Source: Squalus acanthias (lineage: Eukaryota). From it: DNA of 64,000 nt. Of the stretch, positions 61,756-64,000 are shown piece after piece. The stretch's first letter is position 1. Every line of letters starts with the position of its first letter. The stretch is taken from contig CM059431.1 of the NCBI GenBank assembly GCA_030390025.1, forward strand, positions 136,774,001 through 136,838,000. The letters are read 5' to 3'. The translations under genes were made by a program, and so were the position numbers. The notes under the pieces were generated by a model. That model worked only from the letters and a program-made list of their open reading frames with translations, was not told the DNA's origin and searched no databases.

Positions 61756-64000
61756 CGCTTGCTATCTTTCGGTAATCACGGACAAGGCATCATGAATTTC
61801 TAGTGACAAATCCTATGGCCACAGTGATTTTTTTTATCACAAAAAAGGGATTTCTCATTAGATCCTGAATGGTGTGTGTCTGTTTCTTCCGACAGGTACA
61901 CTGCGATTGTTGAGACTTTTGTTTAGATTTGAGTTGAATCTTGTAACTTTTGATTTGGACAAATTGGGGAAAAAAAAGGGAAGGAAATTAAAAAAAAAAA
62001 CTGTCGGGCAAAGAAGGCAAGGGAAAAAGTCGACAGGGTTGTATCCCGGACTGATTAAAACTGCAGTCTCAAGGGTGGGTCCCTTGCCCTTGAGCAGCGA
62101 AAGCTGCAGTATAAAAGGTACCAGGAAATAAAACTGCAGTATCAAGGGTGGGGCCCTTGAGCCGTGAAAAGATAACTGAGAATTGACTATTTGTGAATCT
62201 CACGGCAGAGTATAGAGTATAAGTTATATGTTAAGGACTCAGGTTGTAATGAAGAACAATGCAAAACTGAGAATTGACTACTTGTTTAGTTTAAAGTATA
62301 AGGTTAAATGTTTAATTATTTGATTTGTTTTTGCATTACGTATAATTGACTTGATTGTTTTTAGTTCTTGTTATCGTCTTGTAATAGAATTGGATGGTCA
62401 GAAATAATCGTAAGGGGGTAAAGGGTAAAACTTGCGATTTAGAAGAGTGCCAAGTATAATTAAAACTTTACTAAGAATAGAAGAATTACATGTCTAGAGG
62501 ACTGTCTCGCAAATAGAGACCAACAAAGAAGAGGTAAAAAGTCAATAAATTGGTCAACCTTTTCAGGCTGGAAAAAGGAAGCAGAAAGGCGTAAGGACCA
62601 TAGTATACAAGCCAGTAGATCTGACATTAAAAATAAGAGAAAAGACCTCGTGAGTAAATTGGCTAAACAAAATGAAGTTAGACAAATAGGGACCAAAAGA
62701 ATAAAGTTTCCCTCTTAATGGAGCAAGCAGCTTCCGCAACACCGACGGAACAGAATTGAAATCTGAAACACAAAGCAAAAAAAAAGAAGGGTTTTGGAAA
62801 GCCAGGAAAAGCTGCTGAGAAAAGTTTTACCGGCATGGAAGTTATTAATGTCTGTGCCGAGATAAAAGCTAATATACAAGATTTGTTGAGTGAAAGGAAT
62901 CTTAAAAGGAATACTGGGATCTCAGTTGTGTGAAAGTGTGTGTGAAAAGTGTAAAAGATTCCTGATTGTGTGAATGTTTAAGTTTGTTAAGTTACAGTAT
63001 TATTTTGTCCCTGAGAAAAAAAATCTGCCTAAAAAAAAAGGTGTCTGTCATTTTGTTTATGTTTTAGCTCCACCCACTCTTTTGTACAGAGAGCTAAAAG
63101 CTGTTTTGAACTCTTTGAAGACTTGTCTTGAATGATACTCAAGTGTGTTGTTTTAAGTTTGTTAATTGTTTTACAAAAGAGGTATAAACTTCAGTCTTGA
63201 AGTCACAGTTGCCAATGTGCCTGGAAAGAAAATTAATTTGAATGTTTACAAGGTAATTGTTTCTTTGTTAAATGTGACTATGGTTTCTTTTCCAACTGAA
63301 ACTGGTTAGTTTAAAAAAATTGATCTGGATTGAATTGGAATTATTGAGGTTAATTAACCTATTAAAAACCAGACTTTCATTGTGCACGGTGAAATTCTGG
63401 TTGGTGTAAATTTGTGTAGACCGCATTGAATAAGATATTTAATGGTCTGAAACCAAATTTTGAAATATTTACATTCTTGGATACAGAACGGGTTCTGGTC
63501 CATACCATTGGCAGAGGAATCACAAGGGAAATTCGCCTTTACTGTCAGGGATAGACAGGAATTTTATATCAGACTTTGCAGGGAAAGTGCCCCAAGAATT
63601 AGATAAAAAGCTAATTTGAATTACAATTTATGTTAAGCTGGTGTGTAAAAACTGAGAAGAACAACAGAAGAAAAAAGTTTGTTTAACAAAAATGAAGTTT
63701 CAGTCTGAGATTTAACCTTGGAGTCGCGGTTGCTATGGTGAAATCTTCCAAAGCAATTTGATTTGATTTGCTTAAATGTGAAAAACTAATTTATAGTTCT
63801 AGTATTTTGGAAAGACATCTGAAGAAAGGACAATAAGAAATATTATGTAATTTACTAGTTCTGCAAGCATGTGCTATTTTGTTTTGTTTTATCTGTTCTG
63901 TTCGTGCTTAGTTTAAAGTGTGAAAACACAACTGCTTTTTTGGATCGGGAAAGTTTTTTTTAAATTTACGTAAAGTGACGCAATTGCGTGCGCCTGATAA
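61756..64000 (+). mobile_element. ERV internal region, non-coding, with a short RT remnant at about 63420-63558; runs off the right edge
   Basis: 63487-63558 translates to NGFWSIPLAEESQGKFAFTVRDRQ (retroviral/LTR-type RT motif A region), preceded by out-of-frame FLD and ALNK. No gag ORF is recognisable. Confidence 0.75.

Overview
Eukaryotic, repeat-dominated vertebrate DNA. The mix of CR1 LINEs with SGNH-esterase ORF1, Penelope-like elements (PLEs) carrying hammerhead cores, a Deu-domain SINE with an L2 tail and an ERV fits a cartilaginous fish (inference from repeat families only). No intact protein-coding gene is present, and the long ORFs in the track are artefacts of 27-bp repeat periodicity. 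Layout: 27-bp satellite (1-9.7 kb); left arm of an inverted segmental duplication (9.67-12.42 kb); a TE patchwork plus a 34-bp satellite; the right arm (20.97-23.13 kb); a 12-kb G-quadruplex-type satellite related to the left one; a 15-kb stack of nested CR1s holding a palindromic PLE insertion and a MITE; an 8.5-kb 23-bp satellite grown out of a CR1 ORF2; a B3GALT5-like pseudogene; and the 5' end of an ERV with a tRNA-Gln PBS. The most notable signals are (i) a MITE family whose internal hairpins covary between two copies, with one hairpin loop flipped, (ii) a satellite caught in situ arising from a CR1 coding segment, (iii) a fold-back PLE with a 17-bp TSD and mirrored hammerheads, and (iv) an inverted duplication whose arms each run outward into a G-skewed repeat array. 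All alignments were done by eye, so boundaries are approximate unless junction sequences are quoted.
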